From positions 19,495-83,494 of IMG/VR virus record IMGVR_UViG_3300035698_005399: a stretch of DNA of 64,000 nt; one strand, 5' to 3'. Shown here piece after piece: positions 42,070 to 51,197 of this stretch; the stretch's first letter is position 1; each line of letters begins with the position of its first letter. Below the pieces are notes generated by a model that was not told where the DNA came from, did not search any database, and worked only from the letters and a program-made list of their open reading frames with translations. Origin of the DNA: a virus. The translations under genes were made by a program, and so were the position numbers.

Positions 42070-42424
42070 TTTGTAACAATTCTACAAAGTCTTTTGCTTT
42101 CATAACAATTAACTCTTCTTCTTCTTTTTTCCCTTTCCTGTGTGCGATTATTACAGGATACTCCGATTCGGGACTATTTGGAGGTAGCATTGTACTAATT
42201 CTTGTTTCAATTTCATGTATTAGCTTAGGATAATTAATCCCGCTTGCTACATGTTTACATTGAAACAAGTAAGGTATAAATGCTAGGTCAACGCCGCAGT
42301 CGTCTAATAATCTGCTGGCATGTCTGGTTGTTTTGCAATGTTCGTGTCCTAATTGTCTGAATATTTTTGCCCATTTACGTTCATATCTATGACCTACTTC
42401 TCTATTTCTTTTTCCATTTATCAT
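42047..42424 (-). CDS. Holliday-junction resolvase-like PD-(D/E)XK nuclease
   Basis: GKRNR..G..YER...K.FR.LG, D..GVDL and FQCK motifs. Confidence 0.7.
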   Translation of the reverse strand: MINGKRNREVGHRYERKWAKIFRQLGHEHCKTTRHASRLLDDCGVDLAFIPYLFQCKHVASGINYPKLIHEIETRISTMLPPNSPESEYPVIIAHRKGKKEEEELIVMKAKDFVELLQNAKNKNI

Positions 42425-43152
42425 AAATATGGAGTAGTTTTAACTAACTCCTTTATTGTTTTTACTTTATTTACGATTTCGTTCAATCCTAAATTTGCAA
42501 TTACATTTTCATCATTGTGCCAAAAATTATTAAGTTCTGTTAATGGTAAGCATCTAGTACGAATGCCTAAATTTTCAACATTGTTCAACAATTCTCTAAA
42601 TTTATTCTTATAGGTACTACTTTTTGTAGTATTATAAAACTCATCATTATACCAATATTCAAATGCTTCTACATCTATAGGCATATAATTATCAATAACA
42701 ATCCTATTTATAATATACTTTCGAAATTCCGGCTTAACCATTAAATTAGAATGAATAATCTTTTTATCTAAAATAGAACTACTATTCAAAATTTGAATTC
42801 CTGCATTTATCAATAAACTATAATTTATCCCATTAGATGAAAACTCATTACTCAAACTAAATCGCTGTTTTATTGGAACTATACCGTGCATCTCCTTTAT
42901 TTCAAATGTATTTGCATTTACATATTGATGTGTTATATAATTTTCAAGATTTGTTAAATGATCATATAGATCCACATCAATATTATTAGTAAAAGCAAGC
43001 AACTTAATACCCCGCTCAACACTACCACTTTCATAGAATTCATGATGCAAACCATCGTTAAGAATAATAGTTTTAAACATACTTCCTATTTGATTACTAA
43101 TAGTGTTAATATCAATATTTTCTTCAAATATATCATACATATTATTATGCAC
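42421..43152 (-). CDS. Hypothetical protein downstream of E1 (start uncertain; frame open to 43356)
   Basis: At least 243 aa, Asn/Ile-rich; no stop for a further 68 codons upstream of the GTG. Confidence 0.55.
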   Translation of the reverse strand: MHNNMYDIFEENIDINTISNQIGSMFKTIILNDGLHHEFYESGSVERGIKLLAFTNNIDVDLYDHLTNLENYITHQYVNANTFEIKEMHGIVPIKQRFSLSNEFSSNGINYSLLINAGIQILNSSSILDKKIIHSNLMVKPEFRKYIINRIVIDNYMPIDVEAFEYWYNDEFYNTTKSSTYKNKFRELLNNVENLGIRTRCLPLTELNNFWHNDENVIANLGLNEIVNKVKTIKELVKTTPYL

Positions 43153-43339
43153 TGCTTTTTGAATTTTATTATTATAAGATTCTAATAAATGAGAAAATAC
43201 ATTATATGGAAAAGGAATTAATTTATCAAAATTAATACAGTTTAGAATATCTTTTTTGAAAAGATAACCTCGAAAATTTTCAAATTTATTATCGGCTTGT
43301 GTTTTTGTAATATCAATAATGATATCAATTCTAGAATTT

Positions 43340-44089
43340 TTAATTTTTCGTCTCCGTTAATACACACGGTTCGCAACTATTGTTCCCATCTATAATTATA
43401 TTTTCTTGTGTTGTAAAAGTAAACATTGGTAATTCATAGCAAGTTTTAACTGGAAAACTAAACATTTCAACTTGAAGATTCTGATTTGCGATAATATTCA
43501 AATATAACTGTAACATATAAGCGCCAATAATGGCTCCATTATGAGATGTTGCCTTATAAGAACATGGTGCATCTTGTACCTCAGAATCATCAAAGAATTC
43601 AGCTTCATATTGTTCGATCTTATCTGGTGTAACACAATAAACAATACCTGTTTCTGCACTCATTCTACCATCTATAAACAAACAATTTTCACCACCATTA
43701 CTTTTAGTATGTTTTTTCCATGCATCAAACATTAAACGTCTTGCTTTCATGTTATCAAATGCTGAAAATACTACATCTGTTACAGTTGATTCTTCTACAA
43801 ATTCACCAACAGGAGTAATTTTCATTTCATCACACATTTTATCACAAACATCCATGACAGAATCTGATTTTAATGAACCAATATGATCTGTAAAATAAGC
43901 TTGTCCTCCAATATTATGCGTCTCAATGGTATCCATTTCATATAAATAAATGTTATACCCTACTCTACTTAAAAATATGGCAAGCCAGCTACCAATACCC
44001 CCGGCACCACCCAGAGTGACATGATTGTCACCTGAGTTGTACCAGTTAGCATCGGTAAATCTAGCATGCATTTCGTTTTTTTCACTCAT
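43340..44089 (-). CDS. E1-like ThiF/MoeB-family adenylyltransferase
   Basis: GGAGGIGSW nucleotide-binding loop, D.IE.HN..GQ, K, FDN..AR, FIDGRM, and candidate catalytic Cys in APCSYK. Confidence 0.9.
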   Translation of the reverse strand: MSEKNEMHARFTDANWYNSGDNHVTLGGAGGIGSWLAIFLSRVGYNIYLYEMDTIETHNIGGQAYFTDHIGSLKSDSVMDVCDKMCDEMKITPVGEFVEESTVTDVVFSAFDNMKARRLMFDAWKKHTKSNGGENCLFIDGRMSAETGIVYCVTPDKIEQYEAEFFDDSEVQDAPCSYKATSHNGAIIGAYMLQLYLNIIANQNLQVEMFSFPVKTCYELPMFTFTTQENIIIDGNNSCEPCVLTETKN

Positions 44090-45276
44090 ATTGTCGATGT
44101 TGATAGTTTATATTTTGCGATTAAATCATCAAAAAATAATACTAAATCTTCTAATTTTTCTTTAGTAGCATTATCATAAATATTAATAGTAAGAAGCTGA
44201 CTTCTACAATTTGTAGCAAGAGCCAAATAATCAGCATCTTGATCAGCATCTACTGGGGAAATATTAAAATAATCTTGCGCTTCGTTTTCGAAACTATCTG
44301 CTAAAGCTTGAAAATAAGTATCAGTATTTTTAAGTGTAATTTTTCCAACTTTTAATACAGCATCATAAAGCAATAAAGCATGATATCCTGTTGCTGATAA
44401 TGTAATAAATTTACCTAAAAACTTTTTAACATCATAAGAAATATTTATTTGCGCCGCCAACGCCGGTGATTTTTCTTTTTGTGTTTTCCCTTCTTCTGAT
44501 GTGATTTTCCCTGCTGGGAAACCTGGTGTGTATCGAAATGTACCTTGTGTTCCTCCTCCAGCACCTCCATAGCTAGGATACTTCGGATAAGTCTTAACTA
44601 CTGGGATTAAATCTTGGAATCTTTCCTCCAATTTATCCCCAATATTAAAATTTGGTACTGGTTTTTCAATATCACAATTAACATAATAAATCAAATCTTT
44701 TTCTGGAACCTCTTTTGTAGTTGACCCAAAGATAGAAGTTGTTACTACACTAGTAGCTTCTTGTTTACCAGTAACACATAGTTTTGCAACAGGAGTATTA
44801 TTATAATTTACAATAAGCGATACATAATATTTGTGATTTGGAGCATTAATTCGAAGCTCATCCATATCAGTTCCGCTAAAGAAAGCTTCCATGTTATGAT
44901 GTGTATGAATATGACCCATAATCCAACGATCATCATCTGCTGTCTCCATTGGATCAGATTGAGGATACTCATCCCACATTTCGCTTAAATCTTTTGGATT
45001 ATATTCGTATTCAGTATAAGCAGCAGTTCCAATATTCATAAGATGAATAGCTTGTGCTTCTAATACCAAAGTTTTTGGGTCTAAGATGTCTCCTTCTTTA
45101 AAAGACCACAATAAAATACCAGACCACTCCAATCCTTTAATTCTACTTTGTGAATGCAACCATTTGACTTGATCCCATAGCTTAGGTGTAATAATTAATT
45201 TACACTTATCTACAATTGTTTGTTCTACAAACTCTTTCTTAACGGGTATTACCGCTACTGGTGTTTTTGTTGTCAT
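44086..45276 (-). CDS. JAB/MPN+ metalloprotease (isopeptidase-like) with C-terminal helical extension
   Basis: EWSGIL plus GHIHTHH.M..FFSGTD gives the complete E...HxH...S..D JAMM motif. Confidence 0.85.
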   Translation of the reverse strand: MTTKTPVAVIPVKKEFVEQTIVDKCKLIITPKLWDQVKWLHSQSRIKGLEWSGILLWSFKEGDILDPKTLVLEAQAIHLMNIGTAAYTEYEYNPKDLSEMWDEYPQSDPMETADDDRWIMGHIHTHHNMEAFFSGTDMDELRINAPNHKYYVSLIVNYNNTPVAKLCVTGKQEATSVVTTSIFGSTTKEVPEKDLIYYVNCDIEKPVPNFNIGDKLEERFQDLIPVVKTYPKYPSYGGAGGGTQGTFRYTPGFPAGKITSEEGKTQKEKSPALAAQINISYDVKKFLGKFITLSATGYHALLLYDAVLKVGKITLKNTDTYFQALADSFENEAQDYFNISPVDADQDADYLALATNCRSQLLTINIYDNATKEKLEDLVLFFDDLIAKYKLSTSTI

Positions 45277-46279
45277 GTTTTAAATAAATATAATTTATGT
45301 ATTCTTCAAATAAATCTACAAATGATGGATTTAATTCGTAAATGATTTCTTGTTGTTCTTTAGTATCTTCTTTAAAAATACAAGGTTGAATATTTTTTCC
45401 TTTAAAATTTACCGATGCGGTTTCATTAATAAAATGATTTGCTTGTGCTTCTATATCTGCATGATTATATGAATTATTAGAACTACTGTTAAATTTTCGG
45501 TATGTATTGTTTTGTTTAATTAATAATACGTCATTCGATAGATCTTCATAATTTTCTTTACTAAGCTTCCAAGAAATAATTTTAAATCTATTCTTGGTTG
45601 CTATATAATTAATCTTAAATTTATCAATATGAGTCATTATATATGGAATACTATTGTGATAATAACCAGACAACGTGGTAATATTTTCTTTAAAATGATT
45701 ATAAGAAAAAGGAGCACCATATGATATCTTATTATTTAAACTTAAAATATTTCTAAGTTTGAAATAGGGCATTCCTTCAAGACTTTCCCATGATACATAA
45801 GAATTAACGGTATATAAAAAACTATAAAATGCGTTAATAAAATCATCATTGTTATCAATAGCTTTACCATTTTCCATGGAGTGTTCGTTAAACAATACTG
45901 CAATTGGACCAGAGCCCAAACAAAACTCATTATTAAATTCACGAATTATAGTTCCGGGATGCAAATGAGAATGACTATATCCAGAAGCACATTCTTCTAA
46001 TGTAAAAGTTGTTCTTGTTCCACTAAAATTATTATTTTTGCCAAACCAATATCTATAAGGATTAAGTAATATTACTGTACGTACATATAAGTCTCGTATA
46101 ATATGACTTTCTCCTTGAGAATTTGTAATGTTAATTTCAGGAAAGTGAATAATTAAATAATAGTCTTTATTATTTTTCTTATTATTTATTGGAGAAAGTT
46201 CATATCGTTCCGATGTATAAATTTCATCCAAAATTCGAACAGCATTTTCTAAAGTTTGATTTGTTGCTACATTAATCAT
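45239..46279 (-). CDS. Prokaryotic E2-like (UBC-fold) protein
   Basis: Beta-rich N-half ending in GYSHSHL....NEFCLGSGP, analogous to the E2 HPN...xCL active-site signature; lies between Ubl and JAB/E1 genes. Confidence 0.6.
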   Translation of the reverse strand: MINVATNQTLENAVRILDEIYTSERYELSPINNKKNNKDYYLIIHFPEINITNSQGESHIIRDLYVRTVILLNPYRYWFGKNNNFSGTRTTFTLEECASGYSHSHLHPGTIIREFNNEFCLGSGPIAVLFNEHSMENGKAIDNNDDFINAFYSFLYTVNSYVSWESLEGMPYFKLRNILSLNNKISYGAPFSYNHFKENITTLSGYYHNSIPYIMTHIDKFKINYIATKNRFKIISWKLSKENYEDLSNDVLLIKQNNTYRKFNSSSNNSYNHADIEAQANHFINETASVNFKGKNIQPCIFKEDTKEQQEIIYELNPSFVDLFEEYINYIYLKHDNKNTSSGNTR

Positions 46280-46671
46280 AATTTAAATTTTTGAAATTCA
46301 GTTAATAAATCGGCTTCTTCTTTGCTTAAATTATGGGTTGGTGGAACTTGTGCTTTCGCCGCAGGTTTCGGAGGTTCTACATATATTAATTTAGGCAATG
46401 GTTGTTGTTCTTGTGTTGATTCATTTGGGGAATAAGCATTTATTAATGTCTTGTATTTATCAATATTTGATTGCAGACTAGCCGCATCTTGAACGCATCT
46501 ATTATAATTATCAACATAATTATTATATTTGTCTTTTAGGTTTGATGAAGTTTTTTGTCTGACACTATTAATAACAGCAATCATATATTTTTTTTGCTTA
46601 TCAACCTGTGTTTCGCCAATAGTCTTTAAATCTTCATCCAACCTTGTGTATAAAGCATTTAAATTTTGCAT
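46276..46671 (-). CDS. Hypothetical coiled-coil protein in the Ubl operon
   Basis: 131 aa, helical with a Pro-rich linker; stop/start-coupled to Ubl and E2. Confidence 0.6.
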   Translation of the reverse strand: MQNLNALYTRLDEDLKTIGETQVDKQKKYMIAVINSVRQKTSSNLKDKYNNYVDNYNRCVQDAASLQSNIDKYKTLINAYSPNESTQEQQPLPKLIYVEPPKPAAKAQVPPTHNLSKEEADLLTEFQKFKL

Positions 46672-46901
46672 TATTCTCCACTTTTTACTTTAGCGGGCAC
46701 CAAGAAAATAATCAAATCTCCATCTGGAAGTTGTGATTCGTTTGTTTCATATGAATTTTGATTTGCGCGGTTGATACCTTTCATACCATCTTCATAACCA
46801 GTAATAGATCCAATTAGGTTTCCCCAAGTCAAACCGTTCGACATACTAGTTAGCTCTTGTAGAGCATTTGTCTTACTATTAAAAAGTTTAATCGTTCTCA
46901 T
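46671..46901 (-). CDS. Ubiquitin-like (beta-grasp) small protein
   Basis: 76 aa; strand-strand-helix (TWGNL) pattern, LPDGDLIIFLV final strand, C-terminal KVKSG-E; first gene of the E2-JAB-E1 operon. Confidence 0.65.
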   Translation of the reverse strand: MRTIKLFNSKTNALQELTSMSNGLTWGNLIGSITGYEDGMKGINRANQNSYETNESQLPDGDLIIFLVPAKVKSGE

Positions 46902-46909
46902 AATTTATT

Positions 46910-47620
46910 TTAAATTTTACCTTGCCAGTTTATTACTGACATTTTCATCTCTTGCAAAGCATTATTTATTTTTAAAAATACTTTACTACCTCTAAATTTC
47001 CTATTGTTATTGAAAGTATCTGCTGCAGGATGAGCCACTTTAATCTTATGTTTTGCTTTTGTAAAACAATGTGAGTGGGCCTGTGCCTGATTCCCTGTCA
47101 TAACAACAATAAGGTTTTCTTTATCCAATTGTACCAATAATTTTTCCATAAACGGCTTCCATAATTTCTTATGTGCGCCAGGTTGATTTAACCTTGTGGT
47201 CAAACTAGTATTTAGCAGTAAGACTCCTTGTTCACACCAGTGTAATAAATCAATATTTTGAAAAAAATTAAATTCATTTGTAATTAATTCAGTTTCAATT
47301 AATTCATCCATTATAATTGATAAAGATGGACTAAGTTCGGGTGATGTAATTACATTACCATATGCGATACCAGTAGCTACATTTGGTTGAGGATATGGTC
47401 CTTGCCCCAATATGATTACGCGAATATCTTGAACAGCAATGTATCTAAATACAGCAAATATATCTTCTGTTGCTGGAGTTACATTTGGCATATCATTTGA
47501 AATACCTGATAGAATTTGATAGAAATCATCTTCCGTTACAATTGGTTTTAATAACTCATACCATGAAGGTAATATGTTATTTTTAACAAGTAGTCTTTCT
47601 GCTAAACTTAGTTCACTCAT
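46910..47620 (-). CDS. ung: Uracil-DNA glycosylase family 1 (catalytic GQDPY changed to GQGPY)
   Basis: VIILGQGPYP, ATGIAY, SPSL, W.EQGVLLLNT.LT, H...W, HPAA, F...N. Confidence 0.85.
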   Translation of the reverse strand: MSELSLAERLLVKNNILPSWYELLKPIVTEDDFYQILSGISNDMPNVTPATEDIFAVFRYIAVQDIRVIILGQGPYPQPNVATGIAYGNVITSPELSPSLSIIMDELIETELITNEFNFFQNIDLLHWCEQGVLLLNTSLTTRLNQPGAHKKLWKPFMEKLLVQLDKENLIVVMTGNQAQAHSHCFTKAKHKIKVAHPAADTFNNNRKFRGSKVFLKINNALQEMKMSVINWQGKI

Positions 47621-48864
47621 AGTTTATGAATAATATTTGTTGTTTTCTTTTCTGCTGCCATCTTTACACCTGCTAAATCAGTTTCATAAATGTCATCATA
47701 TCTATCTTGCAAATCAATTTTAATACTATCAATTCCTGAAGAATCTAGTATGTGTATATTTTGAGATGCTCTAGATGCAAATTGTAATGCTTTATCACTA
47801 TATGTGTTTCCGCCAGATAATGATGATGCTCTAGCAAATGTATCACTAATATAAGCCGAATGAATATGTCCCATAATAACAAGGTCTATATTCACATCAT
47901 ACTGATTAGCATACTTACCCATAATTGACTGCACATCTTTTTGTGCAAGGTTGGATTTATTCAATCCATTTTGATGACCATGAATTAATAATATTTTATA
48001 TCCTATTAAATCTACAACCAGTTCTAAAGGATCACCTTGAATAAAATTAATTCCTTCTACATCTGCTAATAATAATTTAAGAGTATTAAATATATTAAAA
48101 TCATAATTATCAGTCACTAAGAATTCAGACCAATGAATATTTTCTGTTATTCTAGATTCGTTTCCAGTAACAAATGCTACATCAATAGGCCAATACTTAT
48201 TAAGATCAAATAAACATTGCTTGATAAGATCCACTGCAATAAAGGTAGCCTTTGCTCTATTAACTGCGGCATTCAATAATTCATCTAGCCTTCTATCACT
48301 ATTAATAATATCTCCAGTGCAAGCAAAGAATACTTTATCTACACCTAATGCTCTAAAATATTGAATCGCTTTTTGTGTAAAATATTTTAATCTACCAGAT
48401 GCAATTTTAAAATCATATTGATTATTATACATCTCAATGATTTCATTAAAATGAGCATCAGTAAAGTGAAATATTCCTACTACCTGTCCGTTTTGTTGTT
48501 CTATAGAATATGTATTAAACTTAGCACTCAGTTTATGTTCAGATAAACATTCTGTTAAGTTTTGTTGATATTCATCCAATGCCGCAATTATACGAGCATC
48601 ATCTCTAAACAATTTCTTTTCAATTCGTGAATGATCTTGCAGTTTTTGGATTTTAACAGCCATTTTACTTGCCTCATCATTCTCTTCTTTGTTAACTTTT
48701 CTGTCAATATCACTGATATAACGACATAAAGTTCTCTCTGATAAACCTAATTTATATTCTGTGATTAGTTTTCTTGCAACGTTTGTATAATATTTTTCTT
48801 CTTCAATGTATTGTAATACTATTTCTGTTAAATTAAGCTCAACAAGAGTATTGGTTTCTACCAC
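47617..48864 (-). CDS. Calcineurin-like metallophosphoesterase with N-terminal HTH/coiled coil
   Basis: DAH, GD.I, GNE, HGH and GHIH motifs in order. Confidence 0.75.
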   Translation of the reverse strand: MVETNTLVELNLTEIVLQYIEEEKYYTNVARKLITEYKLGLSERTLCRYISDIDRKVNKEENDEASKMAVKIQKLQDHSRIEKKLFRDDARIIAALDEYQQNLTECLSEHKLSAKFNTYSIEQQNGQVVGIFHFTDAHFNEIIEMYNNQYDFKIASGRLKYFTQKAIQYFRALGVDKVFFACTGDIINSDRRLDELLNAAVNRAKATFIAVDLIKQCLFDLNKYWPIDVAFVTGNESRITENIHWSEFLVTDNYDFNIFNTLKLLLADVEGINFIQGDPLELVVDLIGYKILLIHGHQNGLNKSNLAQKDVQSIMGKYANQYDVNIDLVIMGHIHSAYISDTFARASSLSGGNTYSDKALQFASRASQNIHILDSSGIDSIKIDLQDRYDDIYETDLAGVKMAAEKKTTNIIHKL

Positions 48865-49863
48865 TTATTTTATATTCTTTTCTAAAAACTCCATTAAAGC
48901 TTCTTTACCATACGACTTGTAAAAGTCAGATGGATCTTTTACCAAACCTTCTGTTGTAGAAGTTATAGGTAAAGATATCATATTGAATCCACAACAATCT
49001 GATAATAATTGTGCATGCTTTAAGCCTGGCTCATCATTATCGTAAAAAATTGTAATATTTGCAAATCTATGTTCAAATTGCTCAATTAAATTTTCTGGAA
49101 TTATTGTATTTTCACTTTGCGGAGCTATTGCTGAATAGCCACATTCATATAGGGTCATAGCATCTTTCATAGAAGATGTAATGATTAGGTGTTCTCCATA
49201 TCCAGGTAATTGTTCATAACCTTGGATAACATGTGGAGGGCAATTGGTACGAAACTTAAATTCTTTATTTGTTACTTTTGGACGATACACTTTTACATGA
49301 TCGTCTGGAAATATATATGCATATTGCGGGTCAACTAAAGTATACTGATAATATAAAACTTGGTTTATCCAAGATCTATAACATGAGTATACATTAAATT
49401 TTTCTAACGTGGATTGTTTAATCCCAAAAAGGTTCCAGTATGCCAAATCTTCTGCCAGGAAAGGCATGTGTTCAATTTGAATGCGAACTTTTTTATGTTT
49501 GCTTATTCGTTGATTTGGTAAAAAAACATTACCGTTTGCAGGTTGTCCTTTATATTGAAGTTGTTCAATGTACTTGTCTTCTAGGCCCAAGTCGAAGTCA
49601 ATATTAATGATTTGTAAAGCCGCATAGAAATCACAATTGTTTATAATCTGAATGATTCTAAAACAATCTCCACTATATTCTCGATGAGCATAGTCACAAA
49701 AATATAATCTATCATATGTTTCTTTAAAGAAACACCCAGCATTGTCATCTGGTCGTAATGGATTTCTATATTTAGTATTAAGAGAGACTGAAAAGCCCAG
49801 ATATCTTTCGAATATCTTAGCTTGATCCAGCCTCTCTAATACAGTCTCTTTACTAAGCTGCAA
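48865..49863 (-). CDS. DNA primase (TOPRIM)
   Basis: NPLR.D..AGC.F N-terminus, IITSSMKDAM.L, APQSE, YDND.PG and KDPSD. Confidence 0.85.
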   Translation of the reverse strand: MQLSKETVLERLDQAKIFERYLGFSVSLNTKYRNPLRPDDNAGCFFKETYDRLYFCDYAHREYSGDCFRIIQIINNCDFYAALQIINIDFDLGLEDKYIEQLQYKGQPANGNVFLPNQRISKHKKVRIQIEHMPFLAEDLAYWNLFGIKQSTLEKFNVYSCYRSWINQVLYYQYTLVDPQYAYIFPDDHVKVYRPKVTNKEFKFRTNCPPHVIQGYEQLPGYGEHLIITSSMKDAMTLYECGYSAIAPQSENTIIPENLIEQFEHRFANITIFYDNDEPGLKHAQLLSDCCGFNMISLPITSTTEGLVKDPSDFYKSYGKEALMEFLEKNIK

Positions 49864-49866
49864 TCA

Positions 49867-50697
49867 TTAGATATTTAATGCCCCACGGACATCAGCTTGG
49901 CTTGCAGGTTGTGTAGTCTGTGATGGCACAGCTTGAGTAGGATCAAATTCTTCTACTGCTAATGTATCTTGATAATTTCCTTTATAAGGATATCCGTTTT
50001 CTACATCTTTTTTAAGCAATGTGGTCATCCGTCTTGGAGAATCTCCTTCAGATAGAACAACTTTACGGTAGAAATCAACATTCCATACAGTATTGCCATC
50101 ATCCAGTTCTTTAGGTAGTTGTGCTACAAGTAATTGTACTTTCATTGTGCCGTCAGTACGTAGTCCAGATAATTCTGAAATATCACCAGCAACAAAGTCA
50201 GACCAATCAGTATCAACAACAATAGTATTGTTAGGATTCCGAGTATCAGACTTATACAACGCAATTAACATTGCATATAGATCAGCTTCACCAACATGAG
50301 CTGGTCTGAAATCAACTACACCATCTCTGGTATCTGGAAAAATCCATTTGTTGAATTTAGGACCAGCTAATTCTGCTACATCCGTAGCGTATGTACTAAG
50401 TCCATTGACACCCATAAATTGTGTCTTGCCTTTGGCAGAAGGATTTACTACAGAATCTGTCAGCCAAACTGGAAAATTCTTTACAATACCATACTGCTCA
50501 TTTTTAAACCAAAAATCTAATCGAATTCTAGGAGTACCTTCTCTGTCTGTATCGACATATGATGGTTCTCTTTCAATATCAAGTCCTAAAATATCACTCA
50601 ATTCATCTGTATCTGGGTTAAGTCCTACTAGTTCAAAGGTCATCACACCAGTATACATTTTTTTACTCTTTCGTTGTGTTGTTACATCAATACTCAT
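49867..50697 (-). CDS. Putative single-stranded DNA-binding protein (crAss-like)
   Basis: YTG...F..VG.NP...EL and RLDFW motifs; lies between primase and the recombinase-like ATPase. Confidence 0.5.
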   Translation of the reverse strand: MSIDVTTQRKSKKMYTGVMTFELVGLNPDTDELSDILGLDIEREPSYVDTDREGTPRIRLDFWFKNEQYGIVKNFPVWLTDSVVNPSAKGKTQFMGVNGLSTYATDVAELAGPKFNKWIFPDTRDGVVDFRPAHVGEADLYAMLIALYKSDTRNPNNTIVVDTDWSDFVAGDISELSGLRTDGTMKVQLLVAQLPKELDDGNTVWNVDFYRKVVLSEGDSPRRMTTLLKKDVENGYPYKGNYQDTLAVEEFDPTQAVPSQTTQPASQADVRGALNI

Positions 50698-50699
50698 AT

Positions 50700-51197
50700 C
50701 TAATCTGTATTTAATTCTACTTGCTCTGCAGGTTCAGTTGCCATCAGTGCTTCTCTTACTCTCTTGCCCAATACATTGGCAAGATGATATACTTCTATTT
50801 CTTTATCTCCTACTGTAATCTTAGTTTTAACTAAACCAATATAATTATCTTCAATTGTATTTAAAGAGAATTTGGTAATTAAATATTCATATACTTGCTT
50901 ATTACGAAGAATATGATTACTGTTAAAATTATGACTGGGACAATCATATGTTTTCTTATTCTGATTGAAAAAGAAATATGTCTCAGTGGATTCGTTATCT
51001 GTAATGAAACTAATTTCATTATTATTTTCGTTGATTGCTAAGTCGGCCATTGCCTTCATGTTAACACTCAACGTATTTGTCTTTCTTTTTGCATTGGGAT
51101 CACGCGCAATCAAATGAATAGCGGGTGTCTCAGGATACATCTGTAGTTCTGGTTCTACGAATTTTTTAATATTCAATCCGAATGTAAAACTGCTCAT
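50700..51197 (-). CDS. Hypothetical protein
   Basis: 165-aa ORF coupled to its neighbours; TAG stop. Confidence 0.55.
   Translation of the reverse strand: MSSFTFGLNIKKFVEPELQMYPETPAIHLIARDPNAKRKTNTLSVNMKAMADLAINENNNEISFITDNESTETYFFFNQNKKTYDCPSHNFNSNHILRNKQVYEYLITKFSLNTIEDNYIGLVKTKITVGDKEIEVYHLANVLGKRVREALMATEPAEQVELNTD

Noticed and set aside
43340-46901. ThiF/ThiS-type sulfur relay for cofactor or tRNA thiolation
   Set aside because: No thiG, moaE, cysteine synthase or thiouridylase nearby, and an E2-like gene is present. Disfavoured but not fully excluded.
47617-48864. GNE instead of GNH in the metallophosphoesterase as a sign of inactivation
   Set aside because: The other metal ligands are intact and substitutions at this position can occur in the superfamily; not enough evidence.
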